From: Rickettsiaceae bacterium
GTDB taxonomy: Bacteria; Pseudomonadota; Alphaproteobacteria; Rickettsiales; Rickettsiaceae
Assembly (NCBI GenBank): GCA_021741085.1
Contig: JAIOYM010000001.1
Span: 1 to 38,486, forward strand
Length of the DNA stretch: 38,486 nucleotides
Direction of reading: 5' to 3'
Position numbers and translations under genes: made by a program
Shown: positions 18,406-26,931 of the stretch, piece after piece
Position numbering within the stretch: the stretch's first letter is position 1
Layout: every line of letters begins with the position of its first letter
Notes under the pieces: model-generated
The model's input: only the letters and a program-made list of their open reading frames with translations
Told to the model about the DNA's origin: nothing
The model's database searches: none

Positions 18406-21393
18406 CTACAGAATATTTTCAATATCGCTTATTTCGTAATTTTGACAATCTATCACATTATTATTTTCATCAATAGTACTCTTTAGTAAATCGGGGCCAG
18501 ATATAATTTCTTTATCATTTTTTATAATTTTTCTAAATAAAGGCAACAACTTTCCATGGGAGTTTTCTTGGTAGGTTAGCAAATCGGTGCACGTAATTAC
18601 TATACTATTTGCATCGCAGCCTAATCTTAGAAGTGTTGTAGTGAAATCTTCATGCCATTTTTGTTTAGTTTGGCTGGTTAAATTTTTTACAAAAATATAT
18701 CTAACACTGTGTAGATCGTAATTTTGGCAAGAGTTTCTGTATAATTCTAGCTGATCATTATCTGTAAATAATAATGTTGGTAGATGGTCATAGATAACTT
18801 CTGCTATCAAACTTTGCTTATCTAAATAATTATTCATAAATATTCTTGTACCCGAAATAAAAGGCAGTAGAATTCCGTAAACTAAACCAAAATAATTGTC
18901 TATGGGCATATTATGGACTATTTTATCTTTATACCCCAATACAAATTTGCTTTTAAACATATTGATAGCGAAGTTAATATTAGTCCAAGAAAAACCCGTG
19001 ATTTTGTCGGGAAGTATAAAAAATATTCTAGCGATATTGGTGTTAAAGTCTGTATTGCTAGTGAATTTAGCGATTTTCCTTTCATCATATATTCTTGGTA
19101 GCTTGAAGAAATTTTCAAGCGTTAATATGGTAAAATCTTCATGAAGGTTGACTAAATTTGCCAACTTATGCTTAATAATTTTTTCTGAGATTACTATCTT
19201 TGAAATATTTAGCTGCTTGCAAGCAGATTTTATACGAGTATATTCCAATTTATCATTGATAAATAATATTTTTAACCCAAGCCTTTCTAAAGCTAAAAAG
19301 AAAATAACCGATTTAGGACAGTTGTAGGTTATTAAGGCAATAGTCTCTGATGGGCTAACTTTATGAATGAGTTCCATCTGTATTTTTTTCATTTGTCTTT
19401 GTATACTTCCGTATCTATAAGACTTATGATGGTCTTGTAATATCACGTGAGTAGAGCCGAAATTTGAATCTACAAGAGAAAAAAAGCTTTTGAGATTATT
19501 GTTTTCATAATCCTGCATTTTAGCCAGGGTTAATGTTTCGTGCATAACATCGGATAGAATTTTAGTTAGCACCCTCTTGTCAGAAACTTCAGACAAATCT
19601 TGCAAGCTTATTGCTGGGAATACCCTGATGATAACTTTTGGAAATAGCTGAAGCTTGTGTATTGTTGAACGCGCAAACAAAGTTTTTTCTGTACCAGTAA
19701 CTACTACAGGTAAGATTTTTGCACCGGTTTTGGCGGCTATTAATGCGGCGCCGTTATATATTTTCATCAAACCACCGGTTGTGCTAATTTTTCCTTCAGG
19801 AAAAATACACATCTTATGCCTCTCTGCTACTAGCTTGATTAAATGTTTTATACCCATAGGGTTAAAAGGATCAACAGGTATAGCTTTGCTTATTTTTAAA
19901 ATGGGTTGCATCCACCATGACTTATATATGTTAGTATACATGGCAAATATTATATTTTCAGACAAATAGGTGGAAATTATTGGTGGCTCTAGGTAAGAAA
20001 AATGGTTGCAGATTATTATTAGCTTGCCTTTTTCATTCTTAAAATTTTCTAGCCCAACTACTTCAACCTTATAAAAGAAGTGCAAGAAATAACGAAATAT
20101 TCTCTTTACCACACTTTTTTTCACAAAACCTTTGGCGTAATTCAAACGTACTATTGTAATAGCTACAGGTATATTTGATATACAGGTTATCAATATAACA
20201 TCCGCGGCATTAAAGTTTAACCAATATAAGGCCATTACGAAAGCCAAAGACAGCAACATAAAAATAGCATTATATGTATTATTAGCTGCTACAATTCTTG
20301 ATCTATATTCAGGTGGGCTGAAATATTGTAGTAGTGTGTATAATGGCAGAACATAAGCCCCTGCAAGCGCTGCCATTATAAAAAGATCTATAGTAATTCT
20401 TACATTACTATAGACTGCCAAAAACTGTGTTAAGTTTTGTAGTTCGGTTAACTTGGAGTAATATTCACTTGAGCAGAGATAATAAAAATCAATGCCTACT
20501 AGCGTTATTAATAAGAGTATATTTATGTTATGCTGTACGCTTCTTCTTGCTGCATATATTCTGTTATATATTAGGCATCCTGAAGATACACCGATTGCAA
20601 AAACAATAAAACAAAAGCTGGCTACAATTTCTGTGGCATGCAGAACATTTTTGCATAATTCAGGCAATTGTCCCATGAATACTGAACCCTCTGCCCAGAA
20701 CCAAGATATACCTAAAATATTATAAAATATATTTTTTTTACTATAGGAATATTTCAGTAGATTTACGTTGCTTCTAATTAAGTTGAAATCTATTTTTACG
20801 TCATGCTTGACTGTAGATCCGCTTGGTATAAAGGTACTGGATATGTAGCCAATAATAGCGACAGACATCAAAGTAATAATAACAGCTAGGGGATATACAG
20901 TGTAAAAATTACCCGCTATAGTTCCAAAAAGTATAGCTAAAAACGTACTAGCTTCTATATATGCATTTGCTGGCACTAAATCTGCCTTGCTTAAATGCTC
21001 TGGTAAAAGACTGAATTTTACGGGACCAAAAAATGTCGAATGTAAACCCATAAAAGCTATAGCACATAACAACAAGTAAACCGAGTTAAGTTTGAAGCTT
21101 ATTATAGCAAAAACTACAATAATTACTTCAGCAACTTTAATTAGACGAACAATTTTGGTTTTATCATATTTATCTGATAGTTGCCCTACAAAAGATCCAA
21201 AGATTATATAAGGTAGTACGAATAGAGAATTTGCAAAGTTTATCAAGATTCCAGAGTTAGAGCTCGGCTCTAAAGCTGTATAGGTAACCATTATAAAGAA
21301 AGCATTTTTCAATAGCAAATCGTTAAAGCATCCGCATAGCTGAGTTATAAATAAAGGGAAAAACGCGGTGCTAAAAAATATATTTTTTTGCAT
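18406..21393 (-). CDS. aas: Tri-domain fusion (995 aa): MFS lysophospholipid transporter (LplT-like), lysophospholipid acyltransferase, and an Aas-type adenylation-like domain
   Basis: Residues 1-~420 form a polytopic MFS domain with GQLSDKYDKTK (MFS motif A-like). Residues ~440-600 form a PlsC-type acyltransferase with NHFSYLE (an HX4E variant of HX4D), FPEGKIS and ILPVVV. Residues ~640-995 resemble the N-terminal subdomain of adenylate-forming enzymes, but the P-loop is missing. Confidence 0.85.
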   Translation of the reverse strand: MQKNIFFSTAFFPLFITQLCGCFNDLLLKNAFFIMVTYTALEPSSNSGILINFANSLFVLPYIIFGSFVGQLSDKYDKTKIVRLIKVAEVIIVVFAIISFKLNSVYLLLCAIAFMGLHSTFFGPVKFSLLPEHLSKADLVPANAYIEASTFLAILFGTIAGNFYTVYPLAVIITLMSVAIIGYISSTFIPSGSTVKHDVKIDFNLIRSNVNLLKYSYSKKNIFYNILGISWFWAEGSVFMGQLPELCKNVLHATEIVASFCFIVFAIGVSSGCLIYNRIYAARRSVQHNINILLLITLVGIDFYYLCSSEYYSKLTELQNLTQFLAVYSNVRITIDLFIMAALAGAYVLPLYTLLQYFSPPEYRSRIVAANNTYNAIFMLLSLAFVMALYWLNFNAADVILITCISNIPVAITIVRLNYAKGFVKKSVVKRIFRYFLHFFYKVEVVGLENFKNEKGKLIIICNHFSYLEPPIISTYLSENIIFAMYTNIYKSWWMQPILKISKAIPVDPFNPMGIKHLIKLVAERHKMCIFPEGKISTTGGLMKIYNGAALIAAKTGAKILPVVVTGTEKTLFARSTIHKLQLFPKVIIRVFPAISLQDLSEVSDKRVLTKILSDVMHETLTLAKMQDYENNNLKSFFSLVDSNFGSTHVILQDHHKSYRYGSIQRQMKKIQMELIHKVSPSETIALITYNCPKSVIFFLALERLGLKILFINDKLEYTRIKSACKQLNISKIVISEKIIKHKLANLVNLHEDFTILTLENFFKLPRIYDERKIAKFTSNTDFNTNIARIFFILPDKITGFSWTNINFAINMFKSKFVLGYKDKIVHNMPIDNYFGLVYGILLPFISGTRIFMNNYLDKQSLIAEVIYDHLPTLLFTDNDQLELYRNSCQNYDLHSVRYIFVKNLTSQTKQKWHEDFTTTLLRLGCDANSIVITCTDLLTYQENSHGKLLPLFRKIIKNDKEIISGPDLLKSTIDENNNVIDCQNYEISDIENIL

Positions 21394-21945
21394 AATGCAT
21401 AATATTTGTAATTACACTTAACTAAGAATTATTGTAGGGATTGTAACATATTTAAATTTTACTATCCAGGGAATTATGTGGTTGTTGATAATTGAACCTA
21501 TTAGGATAATATTTTTTATCTTGTAAGGCGCCCATTAAGCTAAATCCTTTATTAATAAAAAGCTTGATATTTTCTCTATAATTAGTTAAAATGTCGTTCA
21601 GTTATTAATAAATTAATAAGTATTTTTTATGGGCCAAAGGGACGATGAGCCTGGGAATGCAGAATTCCGATATTGGGAGCAACTTAACTTGTTAGAAGCA
21701 GCCCAAGAGCAACTAAAAGAAGCATTCCAAGAAAGATGTGATGAAGCAGGGTATCTTCTGGCCCTCCTTGGTGCGCCTGCTGGACTTATACCGCCTCATT
21801 TGTTTGACAATTAGTGAAGAAATTGATAAATGAAATGCGGCGTTGGGTAAAATTGTGGTTAGATAGAGAGTAAATTTTCAAGGATGTTTTGGGATGAGGG
21901 GTCTTTTAAGAAGGTGGTAACATCTTCTAGCGGTAATAAAAATAC

Positions 21946-22061
21946 GTCATTGCGAGCGTAGCGTGGCAATCCAGGATAAACAACTCCTTCTATACAATTT
22001 TTAAAAGAAGTTAATAACTGGATCACCACGCTAGTGCTTGTAGGCACTAGCTCGTGATGAC
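21946..22061 (+). repeat. Full hairpin element, copy 1
   Basis: The left arm is gtcattgcgagcgtagcgtggcaatccag and the right arm is ctggatcaccacgctagtgcttgtaggcactagctcgtgatgac. They flank the loop gataaacaactccttctatacaatttttaaaagaagttaataa. Confidence 0.85.
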
Positions 22062-22220
22062 ACGAATCTAAGACTGACAGGCATTCTGGCAATTGTAATA
22101 TATAAGAGAAGAAACATCCCCTAACGGTAACGCACAAGAGTCATTGCGAGCTTGCAAAGCTTAGCAATCCAGCCATTCTAATGTAAAAAAAGTCACATCC
22201 TCTAGCGGTAATAAAAATAC

Positions 22221-22347
22221 GTCATTGCGAGTGTGAGCTTGCGAACAAACGTGGCAATCCAGGATAAACAACTCCTTCTATACAATTTTTAAAAGAAGTT
22301 AATAACTGGATCACCACGCTAGTTCGCAAGCTCACGCTCGTGATGAC
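22221..22347 (+). repeat. Full hairpin element, copy 2 (variant with compensated inner arms)
   Basis: The left arm gtcattgcgagtgtgagcttgcgaacaaacgtggcaatccag pairs with the right arm ctggatcaccacgctagttcgcaagctcacgctcgtgatgac over ~42 positions. I counted only 4 mismatches and 3 G.U-type pairs by hand. Confidence 0.85.
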
Positions 22348-22506
22348 ACGAATCTAAGACTGACAGGCATTCTGACAATTGTAATATATAAGAGAAGAAA
22401 CATCCTCTAGCGGTAACGCACAAGAGTCATTGCGAGCTTGCAAAGCTTAGCAATCCAGCCATTCTAATGTAAAAAAAGTCACATCCTCTAGCGGTAACGC
22501 ACAAGC

Positions 22507-22626
22507 GTCATTGCGAGCTTGCAAAGCGTGGCAATCCAGGATAAACAACTCCTTCTATACAATTTTTAAAAGAAGTCAACAACTGGATCACCACGCTCGT
22601 GCTTGTAGGCACTAGCTCGTGATGAC
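22507..22626 (+). repeat. Full hairpin element, copy 3
   Basis: The left arm is gtcattgcgagcttgcaaagcgtggcaatccag and the right arm is ctggatcaccacgctcgtgcttgtaggcactagctcgtgatgac. Confidence 0.85.
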
Positions 22627-22848
22627 ACGAATCTAAGACTGACAGGCATTCTGGCAATTGTAATATATAAGAGAAGAAACATCCCCTAGCGGTAATAAAA
22701 ATACGTCATTGCGAGGAGTAAAGCGACGTGGCAATCCAGCCATTCTATTAAAAAAGCAACATCCTCTAGCGGTAGCGTTGCAGTTTCAAGAGCTCTAAAA
22801 TAACCCCTGGAGACTTCGGCTTGTTTTATTATTAAATCTTTACTCTAC

Positions 22849-25800
22849 CTAGACTACTTCTTTTTGGGGAACATAATATTTTTTACTACTAAACAGGTAA
22901 TATAAAATTGGTATAACAAATACAGTAAAGACTGTACTAACTATCATACCACCAACAATCGTAAGACCTATTGAATTGCGCGCTTCAGAACCTGAGCCTG
23001 TTGCTATAATTAAAGGTATAGAACCAAGAATAGTCGCTAAAGAAGTCATCAAGATTGGTCTAAATCTTAATTTACATGCATTTACTATAGCGTCTTTAAA
23101 TACCACTCCGCTAAGCGTTATCTGCTGGTTAGCAAATTCTATAATCATTATAGCATTTTTGGTTACCAAGCCTATAAGTGTTATCATTCCTATATTGCTA
23201 TATAAATTTAGACTACTACCGCCTATTATCAAAGCTAGCAGCGCTCCTGTAATAGAAAAAGGTACAGAACATAAAATTAACAACGGATCCTTGAAGCTTT
23301 CAAATTGGGCAGCAAGCACTAGATAAATGAATGCCAAAGCAAGTAGGAAAGTTGTTATCATTTGGATATTGTTATTAGCCATTTCTTTTATTTGCCCCTT
23401 GAACTCTATTTTTAACTCCGGTGGCAGAATATCTTTTGCCATATCTCTAATATGATTTGCTATCAAAGTAAGATCTTGAATATTACCGAAACTAGAAAAA
23501 ATACCAATTATACTTCGGCCATCCTTGTGTGTGTATGCTGCGACTGAAGGTTCTTCCTGAATTTTAACAAAATCAGCTAAAGAAAACATTGTCCCTTGGG
23601 TATTCTTCAAGTAAATTTTCACTAAATCATTCACCTTATTTATTTTTTGTGGGTCATATCTTAAATAACTTCCATAACTTTCACCCTTTAACATGAAAGT
23701 ACCAACTTGCCTTGACGCTATTAAATATTGTAGGCTTCTGCCAATATTATCCATAGAAACGCCGTAAAGATATGCTTTGTTGCGATCTACTGCTATGTCT
23801 AGTGAAGGTACAGAAGTGTTAATAACGCGTTCCGGATTTAAAAACATTTTATCTTTTAACATAGCCTCAACAAAAATTTCAGAATATTTATCTATAGATT
23901 TAAAATCATCCCCTACTATATTAAATTCTATATCATGACTACCTTGAGAAAAACTAGATGTAGGGTTAAAAGCTCCAACTTTAGCTTCTGTAATATTTGC
24001 AAATTTTTTATTTAGTTCGTCCACAATCTCAGGTTGAGGCCTTTTCCTGTCTTTTACATTTTTTAGCTTCGTGAAACTAAATCCATTATTATCACTACCA
24101 CCAAAACCATTAATAGTAAAAACAACAGCAACTTCTGGGGTATCACCAAGTAATTTTGCTGCTTGCAACATGGCGACTTCTGTATTCTTTAAGGTAGAAC
24201 CATCAGGACCAACAACCCTAACCTGGAAAGAACCAGTGTCCACAGTCGGGTCAAAAGTTTTTGGTACCTTAATAAATCCAATAACCATTATAATAACAGA
24301 GGCAGCTGCGATAGCAAAAAACTTCATTTTATTGTTGAAGAAATATTCTAAATATTCCAAATACACATTTTCTACATAGTGCAATAACTTATTAAAGTTT
24401 ATTGTTAGAATATTGTTAATATGAACATCACGTTTAAGAACTTTACTAGCTAACATAGGCGTAAGCGTAAGAGCAACAAAACCTGAAACCAATACAGAAA
24501 AAGCCAAAGTCCAAGCAAATTCTATGAATAGTTCTCCAATTATTCCTTGTATAAATCCTATTGGTAAAAATACAGCTACTAAAGTTATAGTCATTACCAC
24601 TACAGCAAAAGTAATTTCTCTTAAAGCTAAAATAGAAGACTCAAATGCAGGTACTCCTCCTTCTCTACGTCTATATATGTTTTCCAAAACCACAATAGCA
24701 TCGTCCACTACAAGACCAATTGCTAATACCAAAGCAAAAAGACTGAATAAATTTATAGAATAGCCACATAGCTTCATTAAAGAAAAAGCTCCTACAAGAG
24801 ACACAGGGATTGTGATTAAAGGTATTAAACTTAACCGTAATGAACCCATAAATAAATACACTATAAAAGCAACTAAAAAGACTGCTTCAAATAATGTCTC
24901 ATAAACAGAAGATATAGATTCTTGCAGAGAATCTGCGGTATTGACAGATATAGCCAAACTTACTCCAGATCTACCCGCCTCTTGCAGTATAGCTAGGGTT
25001 TTTTTCACGTCCCTTGAAAGATCTAATAAGTTGGATTCAGGTTTTCTAATAATGCCTATTGCTATTGCATTACTGCCGTTATAACGTACGATAGTATTTT
25101 CGTTCAAAGGCTTCAATGAAACTTTGGCAACATCCTTCAAAAGCACCAGAGTTTTATTGGTATTTTTTTTAACAATAATATTTTCAAATTCTCCTACACT
25201 ATTAAGAGAAGAGTTGATGCTTAAGACAAAATTTTTATTGTCGGTCCTTAATAAACCCGCTGGATAATCTATACTTTGAGTTTTTACAGCTTGCTCCAAT
25301 TCTGATGGAGTCAAATTAAAAGCGTATAACTTCTCAGGGTAGGGCTCTATGTACAACGTATAATCTCTGGAACCATATAATTTTACGGCAGCAACGGTAG
25401 AAATCTTTTCAAATTCGGGTACTATTTCCTTACCTATAATATTAGTAAGAGCCATACTGTCGTATCTATCACTAGAAGCAGATAGCCAAATCACCGGGAA
25501 AGCGTCTATTTGCATCTGCGCTACACTTGGAGACACCATATCCAAAGGTAGACGAGAACTGACATTAGCAACTATAGCCCTTGTGTCATTTAGAGCATTA
25601 TGAATATCAACTCCATATTTAAAATATACACTAATTGTGCTAGTACCAGCGCTACTGGAAGAAGTGAAATAGTCTAATCCTTCCAAGCTTCTAATCACTG
25701 TTTCTAAAACATTAGTCACATTTTGCTCCATATAGCTGGCATCAGCTCCTGGATAAGTGCTAGTTATATTAATTAATGGGAATTCTATGTTAGGAGATTC

Positions 25801-25905
25801 TCTAACTTCCATTCTGGAATAAGCCAATATACCGAATAATATTACAAGAATATTCAGTACAGTCGCAAAAACTGGTCTACGAATACATACTTCTGAAAAT
25901 AACAT
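22849..25905 (-). CDS. RND-family inner-membrane efflux transporter (AcrB/HAE1-like, 1018 aa)
   Basis: The N-terminus is typical (FSEVCIRRPVFATVLNILVILFGILAY) and the protein has the 12-TM, two-large-periplasmic-loop architecture. The conserved TM4 region reads ALVLAIGLVVDDAIVVLENI. It starts 12 nt after the MFP gene stop. Confidence 0.95.
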   Translation of the reverse strand: MLFSEVCIRRPVFATVLNILVILFGILAYSRMEVRESPNIEFPLINITSTYPGADASYMEQNVTNVLETVIRSLEGLDYFTSSSSAGTSTISVYFKYGVDIHNALNDTRAIVANVSSRLPLDMVSPSVAQMQIDAFPVIWLSASSDRYDSMALTNIIGKEIVPEFEKISTVAAVKLYGSRDYTLYIEPYPEKLYAFNLTPSELEQAVKTQSIDYPAGLLRTDNKNFVLSINSSLNSVGEFENIIVKKNTNKTLVLLKDVAKVSLKPLNENTIVRYNGSNAIAIGIIRKPESNLLDLSRDVKKTLAILQEAGRSGVSLAISVNTADSLQESISSVYETLFEAVFLVAFIVYLFMGSLRLSLIPLITIPVSLVGAFSLMKLCGYSINLFSLFALVLAIGLVVDDAIVVLENIYRRREGGVPAFESSILALREITFAVVVMTITLVAVFLPIGFIQGIIGELFIEFAWTLAFSVLVSGFVALTLTPMLASKVLKRDVHINNILTINFNKLLHYVENVYLEYLEYFFNNKMKFFAIAAASVIIMVIGFIKVPKTFDPTVDTGSFQVRVVGPDGSTLKNTEVAMLQAAKLLGDTPEVAVVFTINGFGGSDNNGFSFTKLKNVKDRKRPQPEIVDELNKKFANITEAKVGAFNPTSSFSQGSHDIEFNIVGDDFKSIDKYSEIFVEAMLKDKMFLNPERVINTSVPSLDIAVDRNKAYLYGVSMDNIGRSLQYLIASRQVGTFMLKGESYGSYLRYDPQKINKVNDLVKIYLKNTQGTMFSLADFVKIQEEPSVAAYTHKDGRSIIGIFSSFGNIQDLTLIANHIRDMAKDILPPELKIEFKGQIKEMANNNIQMITTFLLALAFIYLVLAAQFESFKDPLLILCSVPFSITGALLALIIGGSSLNLYSNIGMITLIGLVTKNAIMIIEFANQQITLSGVVFKDAIVNACKLRFRPILMTSLATILGSIPLIIATGSGSEARNSIGLTIVGGMIVSTVFTVFVIPILYYLFSSKKYYVPQKEVV

Positions 25906-25917
25906 GTTCTACCCTAT

Positions 25918-26931
25918 TCACTCTGTTGTTTTTGTTGGATTGTTTATCTCCACAGCTGCTTTATCGTATATTTTATTTAGTCCTTTATAAATTATTAGGT
26001 CACCCTCTTTTATATCATCGCTAATAATTTCTATATACCCGTCTGTTCTAGTCCCCAACTTTACTAGTTGTGCTTTTGCTGTATTATTTTCAAATAAAAA
26101 GACAAACGAACCATCTGGACCTTCTAAAACAGCAGATTCGTCAAGAGCAAGGTTAGTATGTTTGTTAGTAATTATTTTACACATTACTGTGCTGTTATGC
26201 GCAAAATTTCCTTCATCTTTAACTGATGCTGAAACTTTTATCGTTTTAGACACTGGGTCAAGGTAATCGGAAAAAGCTAAAATTGTTGCGTCTACTTCTT
26301 GACCTTTAGAATCCAAAGCTTTCAAAGAAAAATTTGTCGAAACTATTTTCCTAAAGCTTTCTGGTAAATCTAGCATTAAAGTTTTTTTATCTCCATTTGT
26401 TACTGTGAATAAATAATCCCCTGGTTTAATATTGTCGCCTACTTGAAAATTTACTACCCCCATAACGCCATCAAATGGAACTTGCAAAAAATGATTGTGA
26501 TATTGTTGCTTTGCTTCATCTAGCTTAAACTTGGCTGTATCTTGAGCTAATTTAGAATTCTCTAAAGCTTTATCACTAATTATTTTTCTTATATGCAATT
26601 TTATATTGTCTTTGTAAACTTCAGAGGCTATTTTGTAGTTATTTAAAGAGCTCGCAATCAAACTCTCTGCATACTCGGAGTCAACTGTAAGTAAAGTCTC
26701 GTTAGCTTTAACTAACTTACCCTGATTTACTGTTATAAAATCTATGACACCAGCTTGCTGCGCATAAAAATCTTTACTTAAAGAAGCTCTACAAGAAGCC
26801 GGATATTCAAATACTTCCTGAAGACTTTTCTTCTCTATAGCTACAACCTCTACCTTTATAGCACCTTGAGCATAAACTATGCTATTGGTAAAACATAGAA
26901 TGGTTACGATAATTTTAAAAAATAGCTGCAT
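25918..26931 (-). CDS. RND efflux periplasmic adaptor (membrane fusion protein, AcrA/HlyD family)
   Basis: It has a signal peptide (FKIIVTILCFTNSIVYA/QG), a coiled-coil hairpin region, and lipoyl/beta-barrel-like segments (GDNIKPGDYLFTV). It lies directly upstream of the RND gene. Confidence 0.85.
   Translation of the reverse strand: MQLFFKIIVTILCFTNSIVYAQGAIKVEVVAIEKKSLQEVFEYPASCRASLSKDFYAQQAGVIDFITVNQGKLVKANETLLTVDSEYAESLIASSLNNYKIASEVYKDNIKLHIRKIISDKALENSKLAQDTAKFKLDEAKQQYHNHFLQVPFDGVMGVVNFQVGDNIKPGDYLFTVTNGDKKTLMLDLPESFRKIVSTNFSLKALDSKGQEVDATILAFSDYLDPVSKTIKVSASVKDEGNFAHNSTVMCKIITNKHTNLALDESAVLEGPDGSFVFLFENNTAKAQLVKLGTRTDGYIEIISDDIKEGDLIIYKGLNKIYDKAAVEINNPTKTTE

Larger units (their letters stand above)
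21860..22790 (+). repeat. Tandem array of composite palindromic (RPE-like) units: three units of ~275-286 bp plus a truncated fourth start
   Basis: Composite units begin at 21921, 22196 and 22482, each with the box cat(c/t)(c/t)tctagcggta. The embedded half-elements begin at 22115, 22401 and 22680. A truncated box follows at 22760. Each composite unit consists of a full hairpin element, a tail (aatctaagactgacaggcattctggcaattgtaatatataagagaagaaa) and a half-element. Confidence 0.9.

Noticed and set aside
21629-21760. A possible SRP (4.5S) RNA, suggested by GGGAGCAAC and GAAGCAGCC motifs that resemble the conserved domain IV strand.
   Set aside because: I paired the flanks by hand. Only ~4 bp close a 6-nt loop (tcc-gatatt-gga), there is no GNRA tetraloop, and no helix continues beyond the putative symmetric loop. 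The two AGCA-containing segments are direct repeats, not inverted repeats.
21921-22780. I considered whether the regularly spaced repeats at 21.9-22.8 kb are a CRISPR array.
   Set aside because: The period is ~275-286 bp, not ~60-75 bp. The sequences between the hairpins are themselves repeated, so there are no unique spacers. The repeats are long imperfect palindromes with a ~45-nt loop. No cas genes are present in the window.
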